Assembly: GCA_012512925.1 (NCBI GenBank)
Contig: JAAZDE010000131.1
Coordinates: 1-62,342 of the forward strand
Direction: 5' to 3'
Length of the DNA stretch: 62,342 bases
Source: Desulfuromonadaceae bacterium
Lineage (GTDB): Bacteria; Desulfobacterota; Desulfuromonadia; Desulfuromonadales; JAAYDE01
In this document: positions 30,294 to 40,817 of the stretch, piece by piece
Numbering within the stretch: position 1 is the first letter of the stretch
Layout: every line of letters begins with the position of its first letter
Made by a program: the position numbers and the translations under genes
Notes under the pieces: generated by a model
The model's input: only the letters and a program-made list of their open reading frames with translations
What the model was told of the DNA's origin: nothing
The model's database searches: none

Positions 30294-30965
30294 ATGAGCC
30301 AGGAAAACTGCGACTGCGCCCGCTGCCCAATTCCCCGTCCCGAACGCTGCTGTGAAAACCTTTCGGGCCTTGCTCCCGCCGGTTGCCCCACGGAGAACCG
30401 GCGGGAGCTGATCGAGAAGGCTCGCGCTCTACTTGAAGAACCGAACCAAAAGGAGTTCGCCCGCCAGGCGGCATGCCAGGAAAAGGAAGGTTACCGCCTC
30501 GGCGAGGGGCCACCCGTTCCGGTCAAACCGCGCCTGCTGGAGATCGCCGAGTTCGCCGCCCGCATGGGGTATCGGAAACTGGGGCTGGCCTTCTGCTCAG
30601 GCCTTTTCGCGGAAGGGAAAAAAGTGGAGGAATTTTTCGTCGTCAGGGGCTTCGAGGTGGTTTCCGCCTGCTGCAAGGTTGGCCAAATACCGAAAGAGGA
30701 ACTCGGTCTGGATGATCGGGTCAAACTCCGTCCCGGCCGCTTTGAACCGATGTGCAATCCGCTGTTGCAGGCGCTGCTGCTGAACGATGCGAAAACCGAA
30801 TTCAACATCCTGCTCGGGCTCTGCGTCGGCCATGACTCTCTGTTCTTCCGCCATGCCGAGGCCCCCTGCACTGTGCTGGCGGTGAAGGACCGCCTGCTGG
30901 GACACAACCCCCTGGCCGCCGTCTACCAGCTCGATTCCTATTACCGCTGCCTGTCCAACGGTTGA
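30294..30965 (+). CDS. DUF1847-type Cys-rich metal-binding protein
   Basis: N-terminal CDCARCP...CC...CP, then an internal LGLCVGHD motif as I recall for DUF1847. Confidence 0.7.
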   Translation: MSQENCDCARCPIPRPERCCENLSGLAPAGCPTENRRELIEKARALLEEPNQKEFARQAACQEKEGYRLGEGPPVPVKPRLLEIAEFAARMGYRKLGLAFCSGLFAEGKKVEEFFVVRGFEVVSACCKVGQIPKEELGLDDRVKLRPGRFEPMCNPLLQALLLNDAKTEFNILLGLCVGHDSLFFRHAEAPCTVLAVKDRLLGHNPLAAVYQLDSYYRCLSNG

Positions 30966-31014
30966 AACAGACCTCAGGGCCTCTTGCCTGCGGTAACCGG
31001 GCAAACCCCCTCAA

Positions 31015-31884
31015 TCACAAAAACTTTCTGGGATTCACAGGCTTGCCGTGAAGGCGCACTTCATAGTGGAGATGGGGACCGGTGGAACGGCCGGTGCTGC
31101 CCACGCTGGCGATCTTCTGCCCTTTCTTGACCTGTTGCCCGACCTTGACAAATATCTTCGAGTTGTGTCCATAAGCGGTCTGAAAGCCATTACCATGATC
31201 GACCACGATCAGATTGCCGTAGCCGGCATTATATCCGGCGGTGGAAACGGTCCCCTTGGCGCTGGCGAATACCGGAGTTCCCAGGGGAGCGACGATATCG
31301 ATTCCTTCATGAAATATCTGTCGTCCGGAGAAGGGTGATTTTCGCACTCCGAAAGGTGAACTGATCTGTCCGCGGACCGGCCATCCCGCCGGTTTTTTCC
31401 AAGTGAGGGAGGATGACTCCTTGGGGCGGGCGCGAATTTCCTCCTGCAGGGGAAGTTGCAAGTCCCTGCTTTGGCGCACCTGATCCTTTTCTTCCTGAAC
31501 CCTTCCCGCCGTCTCGGGGGTATCGGGCTCCAGCGGACCGCCAAGGGCGTTGGCATGGTCGCCATCCCGAATGGATGGCTGCGACAGAATCCGGAAACGG
31601 GCATCATAGCGGGACTGAACCTCCAGATTCTGACGCAGAGTCAACGTTTCGAGGGCGAGAAGTCGCAGTTCCTCCTGGTAGATCCGTTTCTCGGCCCGCA
31701 GCCGCAACAGTTCCTCATGCCCGGACCGGAGCCGAAGATAATCAGCGGCAACCAGGCCGGCGCCGATCGAAAAAGCAAACGTGGTGACAAAAAACGCCAG
31801 GATGACTGCGGGGTTGAATTGAAGTTGCCGAACTTGTCCGGCTCCTTCGGGGAGAATCAGGATCCTGAATCGGGTGGAGGACAT
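31015..31884 (-). CDS. M23 family metallopeptidase
   Basis: An N-terminal anchor and coiled coil are followed by HEGIDI...GHNS...GPHLHYEV zinc ligands. Confidence 0.9.
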   Translation of the reverse strand: MSSTRFRILILPEGAGQVRQLQFNPAVILAFFVTTFAFSIGAGLVAADYLRLRSGHEELLRLRAEKRIYQEELRLLALETLTLRQNLEVQSRYDARFRILSQPSIRDGDHANALGGPLEPDTPETAGRVQEEKDQVRQSRDLQLPLQEEIRARPKESSSLTWKKPAGWPVRGQISSPFGVRKSPFSGRQIFHEGIDIVAPLGTPVFASAKGTVSTAGYNAGYGNLIVVDHGNGFQTAYGHNSKIFVKVGQQVKKGQKIASVGSTGRSTGPHLHYEVRLHGKPVNPRKFL

Positions 31885-31972
31885 GAACCCCTCCTTTCAT
31901 CGGTTTGCAATCCGCCTCAGGGCGAAAATTTAAAGAACAAGAGACCAAAGCCTCTTGGCTGCAGGACTTCCA

Positions 31973-32437
31973 CTAGGCACCGTCGGTGAGAAACAGACTC
32001 ACCGCGGTTTCATCACATTGAGGGAATTTGGGACATTTTACGCAATCTCCCCAGACCTTTTGCGGCAATTCCGACTTGTCCACCACGGAAAATCCGAGGC
32101 GGGAAAAAAAATCGGGTTTATAGGTCAGGGCGAAGATTCTCTTCAGCCCCATCCGGCGCGCCTCTTCCAGGGTAGCCTCAACCAGACGACTGCCGATTCC
32201 TTGCTTCTCCCGCCCCGGCAGCACCACCAGAGAGCGCACCTCCGCCAGGTCTTCCCACCAGATATGCAGGCTGCACACACCGATCAGGACGCCGTCCTCC
32301 TCCGCCACCTTAAATTCTCTGATCGACTGGTAGATCTCGACCAGGGACCGGGAGAGGACAATCCCCTGGGAAACATACTCCATCAGCAGCTTCTGAATCG
32401 GAACGGCATCCGGAAGGCGGGCATTGCGGATCAGCAT
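31973..32437 (-). CDS. GNAT family N-acetyltransferase (ArgA-like)
   Basis: A RxxGxG-like acetyl-CoA motif reads REKQGIGSRLV. Length is 154 aa. Confidence 0.85.
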   Translation of the reverse strand: MLIRNARLPDAVPIQKLLMEYVSQGIVLSRSLVEIYQSIREFKVAEEDGVLIGVCSLHIWWEDLAEVRSLVVLPGREKQGIGSRLVEATLEEARRMGLKRIFALTYKPDFFSRLGFSVVDKSELPQKVWGDCVKCPKFPQCDETAVSLFLTDGA

Positions 32438-32486
32438 GGCATAAACTCCCTTAAGGATTTTTGGACAATAAACTTTTCAATCCAGT

Positions 32487-34166
32487 TCATGCCGTCCCCG
32501 CCGGGGAGGCGGCATGAAAGATCATTTCCCGGGCGTTGTCGAGGGTTTTTTGGGTAATCCGGGCGCCACCCAGCATGCGAGCCATTTCAGCAACCCTTTC
32601 ATCCCCGGCCAAGGGCCTTGCCGACACCACTGTCCGCTCCCCATCCGACTTTTTCTCCACCATGTAATGAATATCGGCAAAGGCGGCCACCTGGGGGAGA
32701 TGGGTGATGCACAAGACCTGATTGAGGCGGGAAACCTGCCGGAGTTTTTTTCCCACGGCAGCGCCGGCGGCGCCGCCGATGCCGGCATCGACCTCATCGA
32801 AGATCATCGATAAAGCTGCCTCCCGCTCCGGTGCGGCACGGTTGAGAGCCAGCATGATCCGTGACAGTTCGCCGCCGGAAGCAACCGCGGCCAGAGGCTT
32901 GGGGTCCTCTCCGGGATTCACCGACAGAAAAAACTCCCCCTGTTCACAACCCCGCGGCCCCGGTTCGGCGAGGGGGGTCAGGCGGATCTCAAATGTCGCT
33001 TTGGGCATGGCCAGATCAGCCATCTCCCGCTCCACCGCCCTTTTCATCTCCGGCAGAGCCTCGTGGCGTTTTTGGGACCAGCGGTTTCCCGCCTGGGCCA
33101 GCCGCTGACGCCATTCGGCCAACTCCTTGCGCAATTCCTGCGAGAAAGCTTCCTGTCTCTTGAGTTCCCCGATTTCGCTATCTGCCCTGGCGGCATGCTC
33201 CAGGACACCTTCCAGCGTCTGGGCATATCTTCTTTTCAGTCCGTTGAGCAACTGCAACCGCTCATCCACCTGTCGTCGCCGTTCCTCGTCGAAGACCACC
33301 CTGGCGGCGTAATCCCGCAGCTGGAATGCGGCATCTTCCAGGGTATAGAGAGCATTGCGCACCGTCTCGGACAAAGCCCCCAGAGCCGGGTCGACATCCT
33401 GAAGGGACTCGAGAGCGGAGGTCACCCGATCCAGTTCTCCGGTCACGGCCCGTTCCCCGTCATAAAGGGTTTGGTAGCCATCCTCGGCCACCGACAGCAG
33501 TTTCTCGGCGTTCTGGAGACGCAGCTTTTCCGCCTCCAACTCGGCGTCTTCCCCCGGCGTCAGTGCCGCCGCCGCGATCTCGGCACACTGAAATTCCAGA
33601 AGCGCCAGCCTATCCCGACGGTTCTTTTCCTTCTCCTCCACAGCGTGGAGGGCTTGGGCCAAGTCCCGCAGATGACGGTAGGCCTCACGGTAATCGGCCT
33701 CCTCCGACTCGAGGCCGGAAAACCGGTCCAACTGCTCCAGGTGGCGATCGGAGCGCTGCAGGATCTGATGCTCGTGCTGGCCGTAAATGACGATCAGCTC
33801 CCGGCCAATTTCCTGAAGTTGCTGCAGACGCGCCGGAGAACCGTTGATGTAAATGCGGTTTCTGCCGACTCGGGAGAGCACCCGTTTGAGAAGGAGTTCG
33901 GCGCCGGAATCGAAGCCCTTTCCGGCCACCAGATTCTGGATGCCGCGATGGCTGGAGATGTCGAAAATCCCCTCCACCACCGCCTCCTCACAACCGCTGC
34001 GGATCAGATCGGAGTTGGCGCGCCCCCCCATCACCAGGTTGACCGCGTCGATGATGATCGACTTGCCCGCTCCCGTCTCCCCGGTCAGGACATTGAAGCC
34101 GGGGCCGAAGCTCAGTTCCAAGCGATCAATGATGGCGACATTTGTGATGACAAGCTCGGTCAGCAT
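32487..34166 (-). CDS. recN: DNA repair protein RecN
   Basis: Walker A reads GETGAGKSI. A long coiled coil is followed by the C-terminal SGGELSRIMLAL...FDEVDAGIGG. Confidence 0.95.
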   Translation of the reverse strand: MLTELVITNVAIIDRLELSFGPGFNVLTGETGAGKSIIIDAVNLVMGGRANSDLIRSGCEEAVVEGIFDISSHRGIQNLVAGKGFDSGAELLLKRVLSRVGRNRIYINGSPARLQQLQEIGRELIVIYGQHEHQILQRSDRHLEQLDRFSGLESEEADYREAYRHLRDLAQALHAVEEKEKNRRDRLALLEFQCAEIAAAALTPGEDAELEAEKLRLQNAEKLLSVAEDGYQTLYDGERAVTGELDRVTSALESLQDVDPALGALSETVRNALYTLEDAAFQLRDYAARVVFDEERRRQVDERLQLLNGLKRRYAQTLEGVLEHAARADSEIGELKRQEAFSQELRKELAEWRQRLAQAGNRWSQKRHEALPEMKRAVEREMADLAMPKATFEIRLTPLAEPGPRGCEQGEFFLSVNPGEDPKPLAAVASGGELSRIMLALNRAAPEREAALSMIFDEVDAGIGGAAGAAVGKKLRQVSRLNQVLCITHLPQVAAFADIHYMVEKKSDGERTVVSARPLAGDERVAEMARMLGGARITQKTLDNAREMIFHAASPAGTA

Positions 34167-34219
34167 CGTCTAATTTGAAAAATTCCCTTTTTCTCGCCAT
34201 TGCAGATCAACAATTCCAC

Positions 34220-35086
34220 TCAGCATGGCGTTTCCTGCTGTTCGCCCCATAGCAGTTTCTTCCTCAGCACCTCGAAATACTCCTTGGAAGGACTCTTCAC
34301 CAGCAGAGTGCCGATCCTTGCCTTGCGGATTTCCACCTCGTCGCCGCCTTGCAGGGGTATGCCCACCTGTCCGTCGGCGGTGAAGGCCACATCGTCATCC
34401 CGGAACTGCACCCTGATGCGGATCACCGCATCGTCGGAAACGATCAAGGGGCGGTTGGTGAGCATGTGGGGACATATGGGGGAGATGACCAGGCAATGAA
34501 GCTCGGGAGAGATGATCGGCCCCCCTGCGGCGAGATTGTAGGCGGTGGAGCCGGTCGGCGTGGAGACGATCAGGCCATCGGCGCGGAAGGTGGTGAGATA
34601 GGCGCCGTTCACCCAGGCTTCCATGTCAATGATTCTCGCCAGTGCTCCTTTGTTGATCACCACATCATTCAGCACACGAAAACGACTGACTTCCCTGCCC
34701 TCCCGCCAAACCACCGCCTCCAGGCGCATGCGGCTGGAAACAGAGAACTCGCCCTTGACCACCTTCTCCAGAACCTTGTACAAATCGGCCAGGGTCACCT
34801 CTGCGAGGAAACCAAGACGCCCCAGGTTGACCCCGAGAATGGGGACTTGGAGTTCATCCACCGCCCGTGCCACCGAGATCAGGGTCCCATCCCCCCCCAG
34901 GACGATGATCAGGTCGACCTTGCGGGGCAAAGTCGTGGCGGAAAAACCCTCCCGCCCCATGGCGACGGCGACACCTTCCTCGAAGAATACTCGGAAATGC
35001 TGCTTTTCCAGCCAAGCGGCCACCTCCCGAGCGACATTGACCGCATAGGGATGCTTCTGCTTGACATAAATGCCGATATTCTTCAT
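34220..35086 (-). CDS. nadK: NAD kinase
   Basis: ATG at 35084-35086. GGDGT motif (VLGGDGTLI). The conserved nadK-recN adjacency is present. Confidence 0.95.
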   Translation of the reverse strand: MKNIGIYVKQKHPYAVNVAREVAAWLEKQHFRVFFEEGVAVAMGREGFSATTLPRKVDLIIVLGGDGTLISVARAVDELQVPILGVNLGRLGFLAEVTLADLYKVLEKVVKGEFSVSSRMRLEAVVWREGREVSRFRVLNDVVINKGALARIIDMEAWVNGAYLTTFRADGLIVSTPTGSTAYNLAAGGPIISPELHCLVISPICPHMLTNRPLIVSDDAVIRIRVQFRDDDVAFTADGQVGIPLQGGDEVEIRKARIGTLLVKSPSKEYFEVLRKKLLWGEQQETPC

Positions 35087-35205
35087 GGCTGACCACTTTA
35101 AAAAAAGGTAGCGGATTTTAACACTTCCCTTGCCTTTAGTCCATCTTTTACAATGATTGGAAATGCTTTTTGAAATGCAAACCCCCAATTGGATAGACAT
35201 TACCT

Positions 35206-36531
35206 ATGGATCTGTTTGAGCATATCAATGACCACCAGGAGGCCACGCCTCTGGCCGAGCGGATGCGCCCCGCCTCTCTCGATGAAATGGTCGGCCAAGA
35301 GAAACTGATCGGCCCTGACGGAGTTGTCCGCCGCCTCATCGAAACGGGACAACTCTCATCACTCATCCTCTACGGTCCCCCCGGCACCGGCAAAACCACC
35401 CTCGGACGTCTCGTCGCCAGCGCCACCGGCAGCCGCTTTGTTCCCCTGTCCGCGGTTTTCCAGGGGGTCAAGGAGATCCGTGAAGCCCTGCGGCAGGCCG
35501 GCGACGACAGAAAGTTCCACAGTATCCGCACCATCCTCTTCCTCGACGAAATCCACCGACTCGCCAAGAATCAGCAGGACGCGCTCCTCCACGGAGTGGA
35601 GACCGGCGACGTCATCCTCATCGGTGCCACCACCGAAAATCCCTCTTTTGAAATCAACAATGCACTTCTGTCCCGTTCGCGAGTCTTCACCCTGGAATCC
35701 CTCGGCGCGGAGGAAATCGGAAGGATCCTCGATCGGGCCATGACGGAAGCGAAAGGGCTGGGAAAACTTCATCTCGCCCTCGATCCGCAAGCCAGGGAAA
35801 TACTCTCCCGCTATGCCCGAGGAGACGCCCGCATCGCCCTCAACACCCTGGAGATAGCGGCCCGCCTCTGCCGGAACGGAACTATCGGCCAACGGGAAGT
35901 GGAACAGGCATTGCAAGAAAAGCTTCTTCTCTATGACAAGGGTGGAGAGGAACATTACAATGTCATCTCCGCTTTCATCAAAAGCATGCGCGGCGGTTCT
36001 GCCTCCGGCGCGCTTTACTGGCTGGCCAGGCTGCTGGAGGCGGGGGAGGATCCCCTCTTCATCGCCCGGCGGATGGTGATTCTGGCCTCGGAGGATATCG
36101 GCAACGCCGACCCCCGAGCGCTGCAGGTGGCGGTCGCCGCCATGCAGGCGGTTCACTTCGTAGGGCTGCCGGAGGGCAGGATCAATCTGGCCCAGGCCGC
36201 CGTCTACCTGGCGACAGCGCCAAAAAGCAACACCTCCTATCGGGGTCTGACGGAAGCCCAGGCCGAGGTGGCAAAATCGGGAGCCCTGCCGGTCCCGCTG
36301 CATCTGCGCAACGCCCCCACCCGCCTGATGAAGGAGTGGGGATACGGCAAAGGATATCGATACGGGCACGATTTCCCGGAAGGATTCACTGGTCAGGATT
36401 ACCTGCCGGAGGAACTTCGCGAAAAAACTTTTTATCGGCCAACGGGTCGGGGTTATGAAAAAACCATTCAGGAAAGATTGGATTTTTGGCAAAAACTCGA
36501 TCAGGAGCGCAGAAAGACCCGCGACAAATAG
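35206..36531 (+). CDS. rarA: Replication-associated recombination protein A (AAA+)
   Basis: GPPGTGKTT Walker A, FLDEIHR Walker B, and the C-terminal MgsA-type helical domain. Confidence 0.95.
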   Translation: MDLFEHINDHQEATPLAERMRPASLDEMVGQEKLIGPDGVVRRLIETGQLSSLILYGPPGTGKTTLGRLVASATGSRFVPLSAVFQGVKEIREALRQAGDDRKFHSIRTILFLDEIHRLAKNQQDALLHGVETGDVILIGATTENPSFEINNALLSRSRVFTLESLGAEEIGRILDRAMTEAKGLGKLHLALDPQAREILSRYARGDARIALNTLEIAARLCRNGTIGQREVEQALQEKLLLYDKGGEEHYNVISAFIKSMRGGSASGALYWLARLLEAGEDPLFIARRMVILASEDIGNADPRALQVAVAAMQAVHFVGLPEGRINLAQAAVYLATAPKSNTSYRGLTEAQAEVAKSGALPVPLHLRNAPTRLMKEWGYGKGYRYGHDFPEGFTGQDYLPEELREKTFYRPTGRGYEKTIQERLDFWQKLDQERRKTRDK

Positions 36532-36665
36532 AAACCTTTGCCACACGCGACCGTTTTTTTCAGGATTTTTTCCTACACGGCCTTCTCCGCAAAAATTTTC
36601 CTCCCAACTGACAAACTTTTCACTAGAATTGCATTGACGGAAAGCTAACCATCAGGAGGAAACCT

Positions 36666-38711
36666 GTGACACAGAAAATTTCCCAACTGCAAGTTCTGAC
36701 GGAAGCGATCAGGGAAAAACCGATTGAGGATTGCCAAACCTTGTCGCGCCGACAGCTGATCGACAAATTAAATTTCCTCAATTTTCAAGACAGGGATGTC
36801 CTGATCAATTTCCGTCACTGTCACTATCCTCATTCCATATCGATAAACGCCTTCCCCGATGCCGTTTTTGCCGAAACCCTCCACCTGAGATGGGATCCAT
36901 CCCAGGATATGCCCAAAAAATTGACCAATTACCGTTTCGATCATATGCTGCTGAATGACGGCCTGAAGTTGCTGATGGTAGAAGGGGAGGTGCGCAGCAT
37001 GGATCTGGAGGCACTGGAGCTGGCCCTCCCCATACAGTGCCGGGAAATCCGCGCCCGCTGCCATCGCCGCCATCCCTGCAAGGGGATCACGGCGCGATTC
37101 TTCCAGAACAGCGCCCAATTCGAAGGGGTACTGGCCGACTTCAGCCCCGATTTCCTGAGGGTGCAACTCGAGGCCAAAGCCCCCCAGCGTTTTTTCTGGA
37201 TCGATCCCGACTCTCCCGGTTATCTGATTCTTTCCAGCGGAAAAGAAACTCTCTATTCGGGTGAATGCTTCCTGGCCCGGCAAGGATGCGGAGAAGAAAG
37301 CCGCGATTTTGTCTTTAGACTGGCCCACCTTTATACCCGTCGCTTTCAGACCAAGGAGTTTCGCAGCAGCCGTCAGAGCCTGATCCCCGCACCGGAAATG
37401 ATATTCCACCATCCGCTGACCGGCAAAAAGGTGAGCCTGGGAATTGAAACTCTTTCCGGGTCCGGTTTCGCCATTCAGGAAGAGAAAAGGGAAGCGGTAC
37501 TTTTTCCCGGCCTGATGCTCCCTTCCGTTTCCATTTCTTTCGCCGGAACCCTGGTCATCCACTGTCAGGCACAGGTCGTCAACCGGAGTCTGGTGAACGA
37601 TCAAGAGCCCGCCATCATCCGCCACGGGGTGGCCCTTCTCGATATCGATATCGCCGATCATGTCAAGCTGGAGGCGCTGCTGCAGCAGGCGGGAGACCGG
37701 CATTCCCATTGCTTCACGCCCGTCGACATGGATGCCTTGTGGAGTTTTTTCTTCGAAACCGGCTTCATCTATCCGCAAAAATACGCCACTCTGCGTCACA
37801 AAAAAGAGGTACTGAAAAAAACCTACGAGAAACTCTACACCGAGCACCCCGATATCGCCCGCCATTTCATCCACCAGAAAAATGGCAAAATTCTCGGACA
37901 CATGTCCATGCTCCGTTTTTACGAAAACTCCTGGTTGATTCATCACCACGCCGCCACCAAAAAAGAAACCAATCGCGCCGGGATCACGGTCCTCAACCAG
38001 ATCGGCAGCTTCATCAACGATTCCCTCAATCTTTTTTCCATTCACATGAAATATGTCATGTGCTATTACCGCCCCGAAAACCGTTTCCCCGAGCGGATTT
38101 TCGGCGGCGTGGCGCGTCATCTGGCGGACGGAGAAAAGTGTTCCCTCGACCCCTTTGCCTATCTTCACTGCCACCGGGAGCGGGAACCCGAAAACCGGGC
38201 AAATCCGGAATGGGAGCTTGTTCCCTGCGAGGAACGGGATATCGTCCACCTCGACTGCTTTTATGGAAACGAATCCGGCGGACTGATGCTTCGCGCCATG
38301 GATCTGCAAACCGAATCCGCCTTCGTCAACAGCATTGAGAAGGAATTTCACAAATGCGGCTTTCACAAAGAAAGATATCTATTGGCGCTTAAAAAGGACG
38401 GCGTACTGCTGGCGGTGCTGCTGCTCAACCTGTCGGAACTGGGGTTGAACATGTCCGACCTTACCCATTGCCTCCATCTTTTCGTGCCCAGCAAGGAAAG
38501 CCTGGACAAAAAAACCCTTTTTGATGCTGTCCAGGAAGTGATGGTCCGCTACGATCAAAACGAGTTGCCGATAATGATTTTTCCCCGTTCCTACGCCGAC
38601 AGCGCCGGCATCGGCTACGAAAAAACTTACAATCTGTGGATTATGAATCTCAGACACGTGGATGAATACTTCCGTTACCTGAAGCGCCTTTTCCGTGGCT
38701 TCCAAAGCTGA
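36666..38711 (+). CDS. Hypothetical 681-aa protein with two degenerate PilZ-like motifs and an unassigned C-terminal half
   Basis: GTG start at 36666 lies 6 nt after AGGAGG. RCHRR...DFSPDF and RSSRQ...TLSGSG resemble RxxxR...(D/N)xSxxG. It lies 15 nt upstream of the HD-GYP gene. Confidence 0.75.
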   Translation: MTQKISQLQVLTEAIREKPIEDCQTLSRRQLIDKLNFLNFQDRDVLINFRHCHYPHSISINAFPDAVFAETLHLRWDPSQDMPKKLTNYRFDHMLLNDGLKLLMVEGEVRSMDLEALELALPIQCREIRARCHRRHPCKGITARFFQNSAQFEGVLADFSPDFLRVQLEAKAPQRFFWIDPDSPGYLILSSGKETLYSGECFLARQGCGEESRDFVFRLAHLYTRRFQTKEFRSSRQSLIPAPEMIFHHPLTGKKVSLGIETLSGSGFAIQEEKREAVLFPGLMLPSVSISFAGTLVIHCQAQVVNRSLVNDQEPAIIRHGVALLDIDIADHVKLEALLQQAGDRHSHCFTPVDMDALWSFFFETGFIYPQKYATLRHKKEVLKKTYEKLYTEHPDIARHFIHQKNGKILGHMSMLRFYENSWLIHHHAATKKETNRAGITVLNQIGSFINDSLNLFSIHMKYVMCYYRPENRFPERIFGGVARHLADGEKCSLDPFAYLHCHREREPENRANPEWELVPCEERDIVHLDCFYGNESGGLMLRAMDLQTESAFVNSIEKEFHKCGFHKERYLLALKKDGVLLAVLLLNLSELGLNMSDLTHCLHLFVPSKESLDKKTLFDAVQEVMVRYDQNELPIMIFPRSYADSAGIGYEKTYNLWIMNLRHVDEYFRYLKRLFRGFQS

Positions 38712-38726
38712 GTCCGATCGGTATAC

Positions 38727-40739
38727 ATGACTGAAAACCACCGTTCTCCGACCGACACCTGCGCCCCCCTTCTCTACAACAGCCGCATTCTGGAGGCATT
38801 CATCCTGCTGATCCGCAGCCGCTACAGCCACGTGAACATCAATGAACTTCTCTCCTATGCGGGGATCAAGCTCTACGAGGTGGAAGACGAAGGACAGTGG
38901 TTCACCCAGGAACAGATCAACCTTTTCCATAAACGTCTGGTGCAGCTGACGGGAAATCCCAATATCGCCAGAGATGCGGGCCGCTACGCCGCTTCACCCG
39001 ACTCCATGGGGGTGATGCGCAAATATGTCCTGGGAATGCTCGATCTCTCCACCGCCTACGGAATGATCCAGAAAACAACCGCCAACTTCACCCGTTCCTC
39101 TCTTTACGAATCAAAAAAACTGGCGGCCGACCGGGTGGAAATCACCGTGATTCCCTTCGAAGGGGTGCAGGAAGAGCCTTTCCAGTGCGAAAACCGCATC
39201 GGTTTTTTCGAGGCTATCGGCAAGATCATGACCAACGATTTCTCCCGCATCGAACATGATGAATGCCTCTTCAAAGGGGGCCGATGCTGCCGCTATACCA
39301 TCTCCTGGCAAAAATCCTATTCGGTCATATGGCGCCGCCTCCGCAACCTGGTTTCGGCGCCAGCGGTCCTGGCGGTCGCAGTCGCCTTGTTTTTTCAACC
39401 GCAACTGGCCCTCTCGGTCCTGGCGCCGCTGACCCTCATCCTGATTTTGACCCTTTCCCTAATCGCCACCTGGCATGAGAAACGGGAACTCCAGCCGAAA
39501 CTGGACAATATCGGAGTTTCCGCCCAGGAACTCCTGGACCAGGTCAACCTCAACTACAACAATGTTCTTCTTTCCCATGAAATCGGCGCCATCATCAGCA
39601 GCCAGACAAACATCGACAGCATCCTCGACAGCCTTGTCCGGGTGCTGAAGAAACATCTTGTTTACGACCGGGGATTGATCCTGCTGGCCGATCCCGAAAA
39701 AAAACAGCTGCACCTGGGAGCCAGCTTCGGCTACAGCGCCCAACAGTTGGCCCTGTTGGGCGACATTGGTTTTGACCTGGAAAAAACCAGCGACGGGGAA
39801 CTCTTTTCCCACACCTTCCAGAATCGGAAACCTTACCTGATCAACGATATCGACAAGGCGGAAGACAAGGAGATCGCTCAAGGTCTGATGTTCGCCAAAA
39901 AACTGGGCGTGCAGTCCTGCATCTGCTGCCCCATCATCTGTGAAGACGAACCGCTCGGCGTGCTGCTGGTGGACCACTTCAAAACAAAACGCCCCCTGGT
40001 GCAAAACGACCTCAACCTGCTGATGGGCATCGCTCCCATTATCGGGGTCAGTATCCGCAATGCTGAACGGTTGGAAAACAAGGCAAAACAGTTCAATTCA
40101 ACCTTACAGGTGCTGGCGGCCAGCATCGAATCGCGGGACCCCTATACCGCCGGTCATTCCGAAAAGGTAACGGAATATTCCCTCGGCATCTGCCAGGAAC
40201 TGGGCCTCCACGAAGAATATCAAAGCATGATCCGGGTCGCCGCGCTGCTGCACGATTACGGCAAGATCGGCGTTCCCGATTCAATCCTCAAAAAACAGGG
40301 ACGGCTCAACCGAGAGGAGTATGAAATCGTCAAAACCCACGCCGCCAAGACCCGGGAGATCCTGGAGCGGATCAATTTCGAGGGGATTTTCAAACAGGTG
40401 CCGATGGTAGCAGGTGCTCATCACGAAAAAATCGACGGCAGCGGATACCCTTCGGGGCTGAAGGGGAACCAAATCCCTTTGGGTGCGAAGATCATCGCCG
40501 TAGCCGATTTTTTTGAGGCCATCACCTCCCAGCGCCACTACCGCGGGCCGATGCCGATTCAGGAAGCCTTTCAACTCCTGATGGAAAAAAAGGGGATTCA
40601 TTTCGAAGAAAAGCTGATCAATGCCCTGATCGAGTACTTACGAAAAATGGGGATAAACGGCAAAACAGAATTTCCAGGCCCTGTCGGCTCAGATGAATGG
40701 GCTTTATCCACCAATTGTTACCCGTTGCGGGAAAAATAG
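38727..40739 (+). CDS. Sensor-TM-GAF-HD-GYP c-di-GMP phosphodiesterase
   Basis: HD motif LLHDYGKIG and the signature HHEKIDGSGYP are present. Two hydrophobic helices (aa about 215-255), a GAF-like block and an N-terminal cytoplasmic sensor domain complete the layout. Confidence 0.9.
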   Translation: MTENHRSPTDTCAPLLYNSRILEAFILLIRSRYSHVNINELLSYAGIKLYEVEDEGQWFTQEQINLFHKRLVQLTGNPNIARDAGRYAASPDSMGVMRKYVLGMLDLSTAYGMIQKTTANFTRSSLYESKKLAADRVEITVIPFEGVQEEPFQCENRIGFFEAIGKIMTNDFSRIEHDECLFKGGRCCRYTISWQKSYSVIWRRLRNLVSAPAVLAVAVALFFQPQLALSVLAPLTLILILTLSLIATWHEKRELQPKLDNIGVSAQELLDQVNLNYNNVLLSHEIGAIISSQTNIDSILDSLVRVLKKHLVYDRGLILLADPEKKQLHLGASFGYSAQQLALLGDIGFDLEKTSDGELFSHTFQNRKPYLINDIDKAEDKEIAQGLMFAKKLGVQSCICCPIICEDEPLGVLLVDHFKTKRPLVQNDLNLLMGIAPIIGVSIRNAERLENKAKQFNSTLQVLAASIESRDPYTAGHSEKVTEYSLGICQELGLHEEYQSMIRVAALLHDYGKIGVPDSILKKQGRLNREEYEIVKTHAAKTREILERINFEGIFKQVPMVAGAHHEKIDGSGYPSGLKGNQIPLGAKIIAVADFFEAITSQRHYRGPMPIQEAFQLLMEKKGIHFEEKLINALIEYLRKMGINGKTEFPGPVGSDEWALSTNCYPLREK

Positions 40740-40817
40740 ATTGGAGAGCAAGGTCTTCATTGCGGGGTTACCCCCGGAAAGGGACCGCCGACAAGAAAAC
40801 ACCGCCGGCGACAAGGG

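Noticed and set aside
33063-34178. 371-aa ORF antisense to recN. The same applies to 22542-23555 vs hemE, 36768-38366 vs the PilZ-like gene, 41633-42856 vs the FadL-like gene, 44320-45966 vs priA, 46548-47534 vs aroF, 60829-61683 vs the 467-aa hypothetical, and the many 60-220-aa ORFs inside 5383-9429.
   Set aside because: All are antisense or alternative-frame shadows of genes with strong motif support, or in the case of 5383-9429 of a single uninterrupted 1348-codon frame. None has a recognisable domain.
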